The position numbers were made by a program, and so were the translations under genes. A stretch of DNA of 33,145 nucleotides from Nemertoderma westbladi (lineage: Eukaryota; Animalia; Xenacoelomorpha): contig JAUCBJ010000687.1 in assembly GCA_032718475.1 (NCBI GenBank), forward strand, positions 1-33,145. The letters are read 5' to 3'. Positions 21,771-33,145 of this stretch are shown here, one piece after another. Position 1 is the first letter of the stretch. Each line of letters starts with the position of its first letter. The notes under the pieces were generated by a model. The model ran no database searches. It saw only the letters and a list, made by a program, of their open reading frames with translations, and was not told the origin of the DNA.

Positions 21771-23242
21771 CCGCTAGAGGGCCACATGTCTAAACATTAA
21801 ATGGCCACCCATTTCTTTGCTTTTAATCCGTTTAAGCTGAAACTTAGGAAGTATGTACTAGACCATTAGCTGTAAATTTCAAAGGAGGCTAATCTGTCTG
21901 CAGTTCTCCAGTCTGCCGCTAGAGGGCGAAATGTCCCGAATGTGAAATTATTCTTCCATTTAGTTGTTTATGATCTGATTACGCTGAAACTTGTCATATA
22001 TGTACTAGATGACATCCTGAGTCTTTGTGTGGATTGTAATCGGTCCGAAGTTTTCCAGTCTCCCGCTAGAGGGCCACATGTCTAAACATTAAATGGCCAC
22101 CCATTTCTTTGCTTTTAATCCGTTTAAGCTGAAACTTGGGAAGTATGTACTAGACCATTAGCTGTAAATTTCAAAGGAGGCTAATCTGTCTGCAGTTCTC
22201 CAGTCTGCCGCTAGAGGGCGAAATGTCCCGAATGTGAAATTATTCTTCCATTTAGTTGTTTATGATCTGATTACGCTGAAACTTGTCATATATGTACTAG
22301 ATGACATCCTGAGTCTTTGTGTGGATTGTAATCGGTCCGAAGTTTTCCAGTCTCCCGCTAGAGGGCCACATGTCTAAACATTAAATGGCCACCCATTTCT
22401 TTGCTTTTAATCCGTTTAAGCTGAAACTTGGGAAGTATGTACTAGACCATTAGCTGTAAATTTCAAAGGAGGCTAATCTGTCTGCAGTTCTCCAGTCTGC
22501 CGCTAGAGGGCGAAATGTCCCGAATGTGAAATTATTCTTCCATTTAGTTGTTTATGATCTGATTACGCTGAAACTTGTCATATATGTACTAGATGACATC
22601 CTGACTCTTTGTGTGGATTGTAATCGGTCCGAAGTTTTCCAGTCTCCCGCTAGAGGGCCACATGTCTAAACATTAAATGGCCACCCATTTCTTTGCTTTT
22701 AATCCGTTTAAGCTGAAACTTGGGAAGTATGTACTAGACCATTAGCTGTAAATTTCAAAGGAGGCTAATCTGTCTGCAGTTCTCCAGTCTGCCGCTAGAG
22801 GGCGAAATGTCCCGAATGTGAAATTATTCTTCCATTTAGTTGTTTATGATCTGATTACGCTGAAACTTGTCATATATGTACTAGATGACATCCTGAGTCT
22901 TTGTGTGGATTGTAATCGGTCCGAAGTTTTCCAGTCTCCCGCTAGAGGGCCACATGTCTAAACATTAAATGGCCACCCATTTCTTTGCTTTTAATCCGTT
23001 TAAGCTGAAACTTGGGAAGTATGTACTAGACCATTAGCTGTACATTTCAAAGGAGGCTAATCTGTCTGCAGTTCTCCAGTCTGCCGCTAGAGGGCGAAAT
23101 GTCCCGAATGTGAAATTATTCTTCCATTTAGTTGTTTATGATCTGATTACGCTGAAACTTGTCATATATGTACTAGAAGACATCCTAAGTCTTTGTGTGG
23201 ACAGTAATCGGTCCGGAGTTTTCGAGTCTGCCGCTAGAGGGC
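21771..23242 (+). repeat. 292-bp dimeric tandem repeat (145+147-bp monomers), 5 copies
   Basis: Near-identical units start at 21771, 22063, 22355, 22647 and 22939. Confidence 0.95.
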
Positions 23243-23547
23243 GAAATGTAGGAAAGTGATAACCTTCGCGAATTCCTTGATCTTAATCTATTTAAGCTGA
23301 ATTTTGGAATATACAGTACCGGTATGTACTAGACCACATGCCTCGTCTTTGTGAGGAAGGTGATCGATCCGTAGTTCTTTAATATGCCGCTAGAGGGCTA
23401 AATGTATGAAAGTGAAAACCTTCCAACATTTCGTTATTTATGATCCGTCAATCGGAAACTTGGTAGATATGTAATAGACCATAGGCTGTGGCTTTGTAGG
23501 GAAACTAATCCTTCCTTCTTCAGTTACCCAGTCTCCCGCTAGAGGGT
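21771..23547 (+). promoter_or_regulatory. Array of co-oriented CTCF-consensus motifs (CCGCTAGAGGGC)
   Basis: 12 exact copies plus 1 near copy. They fit the core CCRSYAGRKGGC, and alternate copies have TGCAGTTCT upstream. Binding is not demonstrated. Confidence 0.5.
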
Positions 23548-24160
23548 TAACGTTTTCCGGGAAAATCTTCTCCTATGTTTTTATAATCCTTTCGAGTTGA
23601 TACTTAGCATTAACTCATTTCACGTGCTGCGCGAAGGCCCCACTTCGTGTTACTAAGTACATATTCTGTTCACTTTATGAGTATTAGTGTAACTAGTGTT
23701 AGTTCACTATACCGACCGGTGGGTATGATTATTAATTACTTTCTTCTCATTATTAAATGGCATACTCGGTGCCACGTTTAGGGGGCGTGGGCCATAGCTT
23801 GCGGCCCCCAGTGTTAAATGTGGCCCAAATAATGTAATCTTGATCAGGAAAAAATCAAATATGTATAAGAGTTTACACTTTTAATTTTAAGTGCTAAATA
23901 ATTATGATTATTTACAGTTACAGAACATATAGCACTGGCTTACGATATTGAACGTCGAGAATAATGTTCTAAGATATCTATACAATTAGAGATATCTGAG
24001 TTTGCAAAACGGAAGTCACGCAAGCGTGCCCTTTGAAAATAACATAAAATAGCAGCATTTTGTACAGGTTTTATGTGGGATAGATATGTATATTGTATGT
24101 CGACTGGAATACATCAAGTAAAGCGATTATAATTTACAATCATTGTGATTTTAACGATTT

Positions 24161-24757
24161 ACTACTAACTACTACTAGGTCGAGCGAACTCGGACAGTGG
24201 AAATGAGATCCTTCCAGGCTTCCTGATTCTCCAACTACTACTAGGTCGAGTGAACTCGGACAGTGGTAATGAGATCCTTCCAGGTTTCCCGATTCTCCAA
24301 CTACTACTAGGTCGAGCGAACTCGGACAGTGGAAATGAGATCCTTCCAGGCTTCCCGATTCTCCAATTACCACTAGGTCGAGCGAGCTCGGACAGTGGAA
24401 ATGAGATCCTTCCAGGCTTCCCGATTCTCCAACTACCACTAGGTCGAGCGAGCTCGGACAGTGGAAATGAGATCCTTCCAGACTTCCCGATTCTCCATAG
24501 TTGTCGCAATTTCGTTCCTCCCAAGTTCAGTATTCCTTTCAAGTTGATCTATATATGTTATGTTATGGCCGGTCCTCCACGACTACGCTTTCCATGAGTT
24601 GGTTGCCAGAAAAGTAGATCTGGTATGACCTCGTCTTTACTTCGCCAGCAGTGCCCACTGAATCTTAATCTGCGTTCACGGAGGGTGGTTGATACAGGTG
24701 GTATTGTACCATAAAGCTCGGAATTTGTCATTTGTTGTCTCCAGCTGATGTTTAGGG
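24161..24757 (-). mobile_element. Second RTE-like LINE 3' end, with its terminal 66 bp tandemly repeated 5 times
   Basis: 24432-24757 aligns with 10851-11176; taggtcgag recurs at 24176, 24242, 24308, 24374 and 24440. Confidence 0.88.
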
Positions 24758-25045
24758 ATGCTTAATGTAATTAATAAATTATAACTTCGGAAAATTAATT
24801 AATATGCACCTATCAGAAATAAATATTAAAAAATATTTACGAGTTGCCTTTAATTATGTTCTGCCCGCTGCTCAAAATCCACAATATATATTTTAAGATG
24901 GTGAGTCTGAGTTATAGTATAACAGAACAACCAACCATTTGTATGGGCGGGGGAAAGGATTGCTAATTATTGTAGGCGCGGGTAGTCTGATAGGCCTCCA
25001 TTTATTACCTACCACATTATCATTATTCCACACTGGGCCAATTTG

Positions 25046-25817
25046 GTTTCCTTAAGACCCTAGGTATTTCCTTATGACCTAGTTATTTCCTTATGACCCT
25101 AGGTATTTCCTTATGACCCTAGGTATTTCCTTATAACCCTAGGTGTTTCCTTATGACCCTAGGTATTTCCTTATGACCCTAGGTGTTTCCTTGCGACCCT
25201 AGGTGTTTCCTTATGACCCTAGGTGTTTCCTTATGACCCTAGGTGTTTCCTTATGACCCTAGGTATTTCCTTATGACCATAGGTATTTCCTTATGACCCT
25301 AGGTGTTTCCTTATAACCCTAGGTATTTCCTTATGACCCTAGGTATTTCCTTATGACCCTAGGTGTTTCCTTATTAACTCATGTACACCTGTTTTGGTGC
25401 GCTCGCTTGAATTGAAACACATTTCGGCCATGATTTGAAGAAGTGCTACATAATCCCAAATAAGGTTTTTATAAACATGTTTTGGAACAAGGGTGTGACC
25501 CTAGGTATTTCCTTACGACCCTAGGTATTTCCTTATGACCCTAGGTATTTCCTTATGACCCTAGGTGTTTCCTTATGACCCTAGGTATTTCCTTATGACC
25601 CTATTATTTCCTTATGACCCTAGGTATTTCCTTACGACCCTAGGTATTTCCTTATGACCCTAGGTATTTCCTTATGACCCTAGGTGTTTCCTTATTAACT
25701 CATGTACACCTGTTTTGGTGCGCTCGCTCGAATTGATACACATTTCGGCCATGATTTGAAGAAGTGCTACATAATCCCAAATAAGGGTTTTATAAACTTG
25801 TTTTGGAACAAGGGTGT
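25046..25817. repeat. 20-bp minisatellite in two arrays, each followed by the same ~120-bp block
   Basis: Unit ccctaggt(a/g)tttccttatga. Block attaactcatgtacacc..gaacaagggtgt occurs at ~25374 and ~25694. Confidence 0.93.
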
Positions 25818-26390
25818 AACATGTTTGGGCACATCAATTGCGACTTTTCTTAGATAAAGTTTGTAATTTTTTCCTGTTATAGAAAATATTTTAGAACATC
25901 GATATTTTTCTTCAGATTTTGCTAGGTTATATAATTAAAAATATTCTAGAACATCTTAGCTATCAATTGAACAAATGTGCTAGAATAAAAATACAATGTC
26001 TACAAATCTTTGATTTTAAAATCTTAATGAGATTGCCTGAAAATTGAAACAGAGATAGTTTCACCTCCCTCGTCATTCCTGGGTGAGCCAATATTTTTAT
26101 TTTCGCCGATTTATTTTATTTCCGTCGATATTGTACAAACAGTAATTCTTCAATCGTTGCCCAGCTACTTACTAGATAAAAATAATGTTCCATAATTTAG
26201 GATATTTATTAAAATAATAAATGGCCCAATGACTAAAGAATAAATGGCCTGAAGCAATGACATACAACTTTCAAATTATTTCTCAATCAAATTTAAATAT
26301 ATTTACAAATTTGGACTGCCTTCATGCCCAACTTTCCAATGGCACCAATAATTAATTATAATTGAGAGAATCTTTTAGACGTATTAAGCC

Positions 26391-28080
26391 AAGGAATTCC
26401 TGTTCACTACCATGGGTGATCTCCCACAGTAAACCCTTCCACTCTTTTTCCTAAAGGAATGCCTGTTCACCACCTTGGGTGATCTTCCACAGTAAACCAT
26501 TCCACTGTTTCCTAAAGGAATGCCTGTTCACCACCTTGGGTGATCTTCCACAGTAAACCATTCCACTGTTTCCTAAAGGAATGCCTGTTCACCACCTTGG
26601 GTGATCTTCCACGGTAAACCATTCCACTGTTTCCTAAAGGAATGCCTGTTCACCACCTTGGGTGATCTTCCACAGTAAACCATTCCACTGTTTCGTAAAG
26701 GAATGCCTGTTCACCACCATGGGTGATCTTCCACAGTTAACCCTTCCACTCTGTTTCCTAAAGGAATGCCTGTTCACCACCATGGGCGTTCTTTCACAGT
26801 AAACCCTTCCACTCTGTTTCCTAAAGGAATGCCTGTTCTCCACCATGGGTGATCTTTCACAGTAAACCCTTCCACTATGTTTCCTAAAGGAATGCCTGTT
26901 CATGACCATGGGTGATCTTCCACAGTAAACCCTTCCACTCTGTTTCCCAAAGTAATGCCTTTTCACCACCATGGGTGATCTTACACAGTAAACCCTTCCA
27001 CTATGTTTCCAAAAATAATGCCTGTTCATGACCATGGGTGATCTTCCACAGTAAACCCTTCCACCTTGTTTCCCAAAGTAATGCCTGTTCACCACCATGG
27101 GTGATATTCCATAGTAAACCCTTCCACTCTGTTTACCAAAGTACTGTATTGCCTGTTCACCACCATGTGTGATCTTCCACAGTAAACCCTTCCACTCTGA
27201 TTCCCAAAGTAATGCCTGTTCACCACAATGGGTGATCTTCCATAGTAAACCCTTCCACTGTGTTTACAAAAGTACTGTATTACCTGGTCACCACCATGTG
27301 TGATCTTCCACAGTAAACCCTTCCACTCTGTTTCCCAAAGTAATGCCTGTTCACCACCATGGGTGATCTTCCACCGTAAACACTTCCACTCTGTTTCCCA
27401 AAGTAATGCCTGTTCACCACCATGGGTGATCTTCCATAGTAAACCCTTTCACTGTGTTTACAAAAGTACTGTATTACCTGTTCACCACCATGTGTGATCT
27501 TCCACAGTAAACCCTCCCACTCTGTTTCCCAAAGTAATGCCTGTTCACCACCATGGGTGATCTTCCACAGTAACCCCTTCCATTCTGTTTCCCAAAGTAA
27601 TGCCTGTTCACCACCATGGGTGATCTTACACAGTAAACCCTTCCACTCTGTTCCAAAATACTGCCTGTTCATGACCATGGGTGATCTTCCACTGTAACCC
27701 CTTCCACTCTGGTTCCCAAAGTAATGCCTGGTCACCCACCACCATGGGTGATCTTAACAGTCAACCCTTCCACTCTGTTTCCTAAAATAATGCCTGTTCA
27801 CCACCATGGGTTATCTTCCACAGTAAGCCCTTCCATTCTGTTTCCCAAAATAATGCCTTTTCACCACCATGGGTTATCTTCCACAGTAAGCCCTTCCATT
27901 CTGTTTCCCAAAATAATGGCTGTTCACCACCATGGGTGATCTTCCGCAGTAAGCCCTTCCACTCTGTTTCCCAAAAGAATGCCTGTTCACCACCATGGGT
28001 GATCTTCCACAGTAAACCCTTCCACTCTGTTTCCTAAAGAAATGCCTGTTCACCGCCATGGGTGATCTTCCACAGTAAAG
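26391..28080. repeat. ~61-63-bp minisatellite (~27 units, some 68-bp variants)
   Basis: aaggaatgcctgttcaccaccatgggtgatcttccacagtaaacccttccactctgtttccta; ends mid-unit at the LTR start. Confidence 0.95.
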
Positions 28081-28110
28081 CTGTTACGGTATATGGCGCT
28101 GTATCCACAT

Positions 28111-28232
28111 TATTAGTCCGTTATGCAGTATGCAATATTAGTCCGTTATGCAGTATGCAATATTAGTCCGTTATGCAGTATGCAATATTAGTCCGTTATA
28201 CTGTACGTAATATTAGTCCGTTGTGCAGCATG
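28111..28232 (+). repeat. 25-bp tandem repeat x5 at the start of the putative LTR
   Basis: tattagtccgttatgcagtatgcaa at 28111, 28136, 28161, 28186 and 28211. Confidence 0.9.
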
Positions 28233-31200
28233 ATATTTTAGATAAGGCATAATAACGCAGTGGTATTTAGGTAGGGAAATCAAAACGCCCATATATTTGA
28301 AACCATCCATTTTGTATAGTATGTAGCCCTACCTACGTAATTTTGTATTAGGTTATATGTAGATAGTTCCAGGGTAAGTTTATTCGGACCCTGGATTCAG
28401 TGCTTGCTGATATTAGCTTTAGTAGGGCTAGCATATAGGGACGCTGTCCTGGCCATTCAGCAGCCAGAGACGTGAACCATTACCATATATGGTAATAATT
28501 CGAGGAAGGGGAGCAAATAGGGCTACAATCCGGCCTCCTTATTGGACTAGCTGCTTCCAGGTTGGTCTAGTGCTAGCACGGACTGGAGAGCCAATAAGAA
28601 AGCGATTGAGTCACCCTATTGCATCACCCCATCCGGATCACCTATAAATTGGCGGTGTGCCGGTAGAGCCTCACAACTCATCACATGACACCTAGCCCTA
28701 GCACCTGTCTTGCTGTTTTTTCTTGATACTTTCTGCAATTTGCTAATTTGATTAATTTCGTGAAATGATTTGCTAGTGCGATTACTTGCTTGTGTTTCTC
28801 AATAATTCCTTTGATTGCTGCTAATTACAATTGAACTATGATTTCTACCTTTGATTAATGGTTCTATGTGATTCTTTTCTGCGCAATAATCCTAAGGGAT
28901 TCTGAGACTGTCAGACTTTGTGATTTGCATGCGCCGCTACGGTAGCTATTAGCATCATGGAGAGCTAAGGTGCCAGTGGGTGGTGGGCGCATCGGGGGGT
29001 TGAGCGACTAGGAGAGAGCGGAGGATTCAAAGCGAGCAACGCTGGCCAGGGTCACCGTTGCGGGCGGGTAACTTGCACTGCGGCACGCAGACCGATCGCC
29101 GGTACAGTAATTAGGGGGCTGATGATCCAGATTTTGTCTCTATTTGGTATTAGGGGGGCAGGAATTGGGTTAGTTAGGAATCCTAGATGTACCTGGGAGA
29201 GGCCTGCGCGTATTACAACGTTGAGTGTGGAGTACGAGTAGTGAATTGCACAATTGTAAACTGTGATTTCTAACGCTGATTGGTGTGTTATTGAAGTGTG
29301 CCTAAGATTACGAATGCTTAGATAGGCGCTCTTTTCTTTTGATTGATTTCTATTTCTTAGTTACAATAATTAGTTATTGATTAGGTCAAAGTAATACGGC
29401 AATTTAGGCTATTACTATCGAAACCTGTTGCGTGATAAATTAGAATTACGTATTCTGGAACTCTTAGTAATTAGTACGCTGTTAAATATTCGTGACTGTA
29501 ATTAATTAGTAAAAAATTAAGAATTAGTACGCAGCATAGCGGAGAGTAGCTAAGGTAATAATTAGTGTACTGTAAACTATTCACGCTGAGCGGTTATTTG
29601 CATTAGTGGGCAATCAGCTAGAACGCACTATTCGGTACGCACGATACGCTAGTAATTTTGCTGGCCTAAAGCCAGTCGCGGGCAGTTTTAGACCCGGGGT
29701 GGTATTATCCACGTAGAAACAGATACTGTACCATTTTGATATTTTAAATATTCTCGCATTCACACATTACGTTAGGGAACCTCCAGTATTCGCGATTAGA
29801 AAGACGTAGGTAATAGCGTGCTTTAATAGTGATAAAATTAGGCGTAAGAATACTCTGAGTGCAAGGCCTCTCGCACTCGTCTTAAGTAAGCTTAGGGAGC
29901 CGACTCGGGTTTATTGTTTTGGTTATTCCCGCGTGGCTCATAGATTCGAACAGTTAGCTCTCTATCGAGCAATCGGTAGAGAAAGGAACAAGCGATTTTG
30001 CAGGAGTTGTGTAAAATTAGTAAAATATATTAGTGGACGGCAGATTAGCGCCATCTAACGGTAAGTAGCGGTTTTGTATTTAGCAACCCTTACAATTTAG
30101 TAATAGCACGCTCCTGATCCCCTTTACTTAACAGTAGAGCAGTCTTTGTGTCTTATTGGTTAGGCGGGAACTTATTAGGTTGGCAGAGAAGTATACCAGT
30201 ATTTGTCTGTTCAACAGTTCTGCTGTTAGTATAGAGGTCGCGGTTGTTTATCAGTAATACGCGTCTATTGCTTTGCTGTACTGCGTACAGTAAGGCAGAT
30301 AGAGTATTCTTAGGCTGTTAGTTTAGACTACTGTTAGTTTAGATTACTGTATTCACTAGTTGCGTACGATAGTACAGTAGTACATTAGGCTGATTGCTGT
30401 TACTGCGTACGGTAGAAGGGACATTTGTTTTGCCGTACCACACACAGTATCATTAGGCTGTTAGGTTGGTGTACTGTTTTACTTACTGTACTGCATACAG
30501 TGGATGTACGGTAGTGCGTTTTTGCTAATTGCGAATACAGCAGTTCCTTAGGCCTTAGGGCAAATTGTAATTAGTAAGTTTTTTGAAATTTTTAGCTAGG
30601 TTTGCGAGAATTCAGTTTTCGGTCAAAATTATTTCGTAAAATTCTAGAGTTTTGTACCGGTATGTTAAGTAACCGCTTAGTTATTTTATACCATCTGGAG
30701 ATACATGGCAAGACGGAACTTCTGAGTTTGGGGTTCGTGTGGGTCTGCGGGTTCGGTTTGCAATCAGCGAAGGGCCTGAATCTTTGGACGCGGACGTGGA
30801 ATCTCACAGCAAACAAGGTTAGTTGTTCTGTTGGCACCAGTGTGTTTGTGGAAGCAGTAAAAAATTATCGGTTGTTTAACTGCGAAGCTGAACTCAATTT
30901 ATTAGTTAGGATATTTAGGTTTAGCCGGCCATGGTTTTTTGAATCGCTCAAGTTAGAGAGAGAGTTAGAGAGTCGCAACCCGAAGATGTAGCCACGCGCT
31001 AGTGGATACATAATAATATTTGAAATTAAAATTACGTTGATTAGAGCTATATATATATAAAATTAGAAATATTCGGGCGGCAAGTATATTTTGAATATTT
31101 TGTATTAGATTCAAAGTTATTTTGTGCTATACCGGTATTTAATGCTATATAATAGCTATATAATAATATTTTGTTTAAATATTGTGCTAGTATTTGCTAT

Positions 31201-31364
31201 AACTATATACCCCATTAAATTCACAATATTGCATTGCGAATTTATTTTGACATTTGGACCAACTGATTATTTGACAATTAATTTGACCGTATTTCGGTTA
31301 AATTATAATTATATCTCGAATTTTTGCGAGATATTTTTGCCGGAAGGCAAATATTATTTAGACT

Positions 31365-33145
31365 ATGAGTGTCTCAGACAAAGAGGCACTAGAGGACAGC
31401 TACGAGACGGCGGCTGGACCGCCGACTGACGATAGCGTAAATATTACTGTTGACGACAATGCCGACTATGACGACGCAGCGAGCGACGCTGACGTAAGTG
31501 AACAGGAGGACGAGACAGTGACTAGTGAGGAAGAACGACAACCTCAAGTAATAGTATTAGGATCCCCTACCGCTACTGTAAGGAAGGACTGTACGGCAGC
31601 CCGGACAGAGGTGAGTGATAGGGAGGGTAGTGTAGCAGAAGCGAGAGCCCGGAGCCCGGTTTCCAGACCTGTGGGTATGGTAAGTGCCGTGGTCCCGACG
31701 GCTGTAAGGAGTACCCGTAGTTCCCGAAATAACCCTTCAAGTCCACCGAGCGTAAGTCAGGTAAGTGATAGAGAGTTCGACACTGCGATGAAGAAGAAAC
31801 TTCGCGCGCATGCCGGACATATAACCCGGACGGCGGACAAGGTAAGGAAGATGTTAGCTGACTCAGCCAACATCGGGAGGGTAGAGTTAGTAGAGATTAG
31901 AAGAGGATATAACTCAGCATTATTCAAGCAGACGGAGGAGCTTGCAGTCCTAGCGAAGAAGGCAGTAGAGTCTCAGTCGAGCGACGTGGCGACGAGGATT
32001 TACGACAGGGTTTTAGCAGCCTTGTTGGAGCACCGCGAGTTGTCGGAGCGATTCCGACGAGTTAGGACGGAGAACTGGCTGCTATGGACATCACAAGCGC
32101 AGGCGACTCAAGTGAGTGACGCAGAGTTAAGAGACTTAGTGGAGCGAGAAGAGATCCAGGATAAAGAAGAGCGCCGTTATCAGAGGGAAGTTACTAGCTG
32201 GCTGATGCAGAATGGAGTGGTGGTACCGGGTCAGGTGCTACCGACGATGGAGAACATCCAACAGAGGACGTTGACTCCACCCGACGACGCATCCAGAAAC
32301 AGCGGCGATTCCCAGGTTAGTCACGCGCGAGGTAAGGTTATATGTGCTAGATCCCTTGTTTCGCACAACTCGGCGGAGGAGAGAAGACGCCGACTGGACG
32401 AACAGCAGGCGGAAGTTTTGCGTGCATCGGAAGCACGGAAGGAAGCCGAGCGGGAACGGGAACGAACACGTAAGTTAGACACGAAGTTGCGAGAGTTGGA
32501 AGAGAAAGGTAAGCGTGAGCGAGCGGAACGCGAGCAGAAGGAACGTGAACTCGAACTTGAACGCGAGCGCAAGGAACGCGAACTCGAACTTGAACGCGAG
32601 CAGAAGGAACGCGAACTCCAGCTCGAACGCGAACAGAAGAAACGTGAGCTCGAACTTGAACGCGAACGCAAGGAACGCGAACTCGAGATCGACAAGGAGC
32701 GACAAGCGTTGTATGAAGAGAAGGCGCGTGTGGAAGAAGAGGGCGCAGCGAGACGAGCGAGGGAAGAAGAAGAACGTAAACTGGCGCAGTTGGAAAGTGC
32801 GAGATTAAGTTTAGAGAGCGAAGAACGGACTAGGAAGGCGAATGAAATCGCCGAGAAGGGGATGCGAATGATCGAAGAATGTGGGGCGAGTGTAGGGACA
32901 GAGTTGCGAGAACTGTTCGCACTGCAGAAGGCCGAACAGGAAGCGAGAACTCCGACTATACGCGAGTCGACGACGACCAGAATTCCTATACCCGGTCCAG
33001 CTATTACGAGTACACGGATCGCTAAACCGTTCTCTACATATCGCACGCCAGTTGGTATTAGTGCTTCACCCATCGCGCAGAATCTACGTCATCGGAACAC
33101 CGCACCACTACACACCGAACACGACGACGAAGAGTTTAGAGAAAC
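31365..33145 (+). CDS. Gag-like polyprotein N-terminus (>590 aa, runs off the window; absent from the ORF track)
   Basis: ATG at 31365 (MSVSDKEALEDS..) with no stop to the window end. KKKLRAHAGHITR, VTSWL, PPDDAS..SQVS and an E/R coiled coil resemble BEL/Pao gag N-termini. Confidence 0.75.
   Translation, partial: MSVSDKEALEDSYETAAGPPTDDSVNITVDDNADYDDAASDADVSEQEDETVTSEEERQPQVIVLGSPTATVRKDCTAARTEVSDREGSVAEARARSPVSRPVGMVSAVVPTAVRSTRSSRNNPSSPPSVSQVSDREFDTAMKKKLRAHAGHITRTADKVRKMLADSANIGRVELVEIRRGYNSALFKQTEELAVLAKKAVESQSSDVATRIYDRVLAALLEHRELSERFRRVRTENWLLWTSQAQATQVSDAELRDLVEREEIQDKEERRYQREVTSWLMQNGVVVPGQVLPTMENIQQRTLTPPDDASRNSGDSQVSHARGKVICARSLVSHNSAEERRRRLDEQQAEVLRASEARKEAERERERTRKLDTKLRELEEKGKRERAEREQKERELELERERKERELELEREQKERELQLEREQKKRELELERERKERELEIDKERQALYEEKARVEEEGAARRAREEEERKLAQLESARLSLESEERTRKANEIAEKGMRMIEECGASVGTELRELFALQKAEQEARTPTIRESTTTRIPIPGPAITSTRIAKPFSTYRTPVGISASPIAQNLRHRNTAPLHTEHDDEEFRE
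32526..32690 (+). repeat. Coding 33-bp repeat x5 (ERE[Q/R]KERELEL)
   Basis: gaacgcgagcagaaggaacgcgaactcgaactt units in the gag frame. Confidence 0.9.

Larger units (their letters stand above)
21507..23650 (+). mobile_element. HINE/DINE-1-like element, copy 2
   Basis: Same 5' core, (GTC)n tract and 3' cacgtgctgcgcgaaggccccacttcgtgt end as copy 1, with a longer central array. Confidence 0.75.
28082..33145 (+). mobile_element. 5' portion of an LTR retrotransposon, probably BEL/Pao
   Basis: Abrupt TGTTACGG start interrupting the satellite, then a long non-coding region (TATAAA near 28643), then a gag-like ORF. The LTR 3' end and PBS are not resolved, and pol lies outside the window. Confidence 0.65.

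Noticed and set aside
24140-24597. Repeat-protein ORFs here and at 26634-28059
   Set aside because: Translations of 66-bp and ~62-bp tandem repeats; the latter frequently shift frame.
32321-33073. 250-aa Ser/Arg-rich minus-strand ORF
   Set aside because: Antisense shadow of the E/R-rich gag frame.

Overview
Repeat-rich eukaryotic DNA, most likely from an invertebrate animal, not prokaryotic. In order along the window: (1) a near full-length CRE-clade non-LTR retrotransposon with a restriction-like endonuclease and poly(A) tail. Its single ORF carries two long coding minisatellites, one being ~56 GSPLQPx heptads (~400 aa) placed inside the RT core just before YADD. (2) A divergent Cys-loop ion-channel gene or pseudogene on the minus strand, split by a nested TE stack: a foldback element hosting a P-superfamily THAP transposon and an RTE-like LINE 3' end, each with its TSD. 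(3) Decayed CR1-like and RTE-like LINE fragments. (4) Two Helentron-associated (HINE/DINE-1-like) elements whose ~146-bp internal monomers each carry a co-oriented CTCF-consensus motif. (5) Tandem arrays of 37, 20 and ~62 bp. (6) A spliced minus-strand gene with an antisense coiled-coil ORF in one intron. (7) The 5' part of a BEL/Pao-like LTR retrotransposon with an open gag frame running off the window. All calls come from manual reading; no database searches were run.
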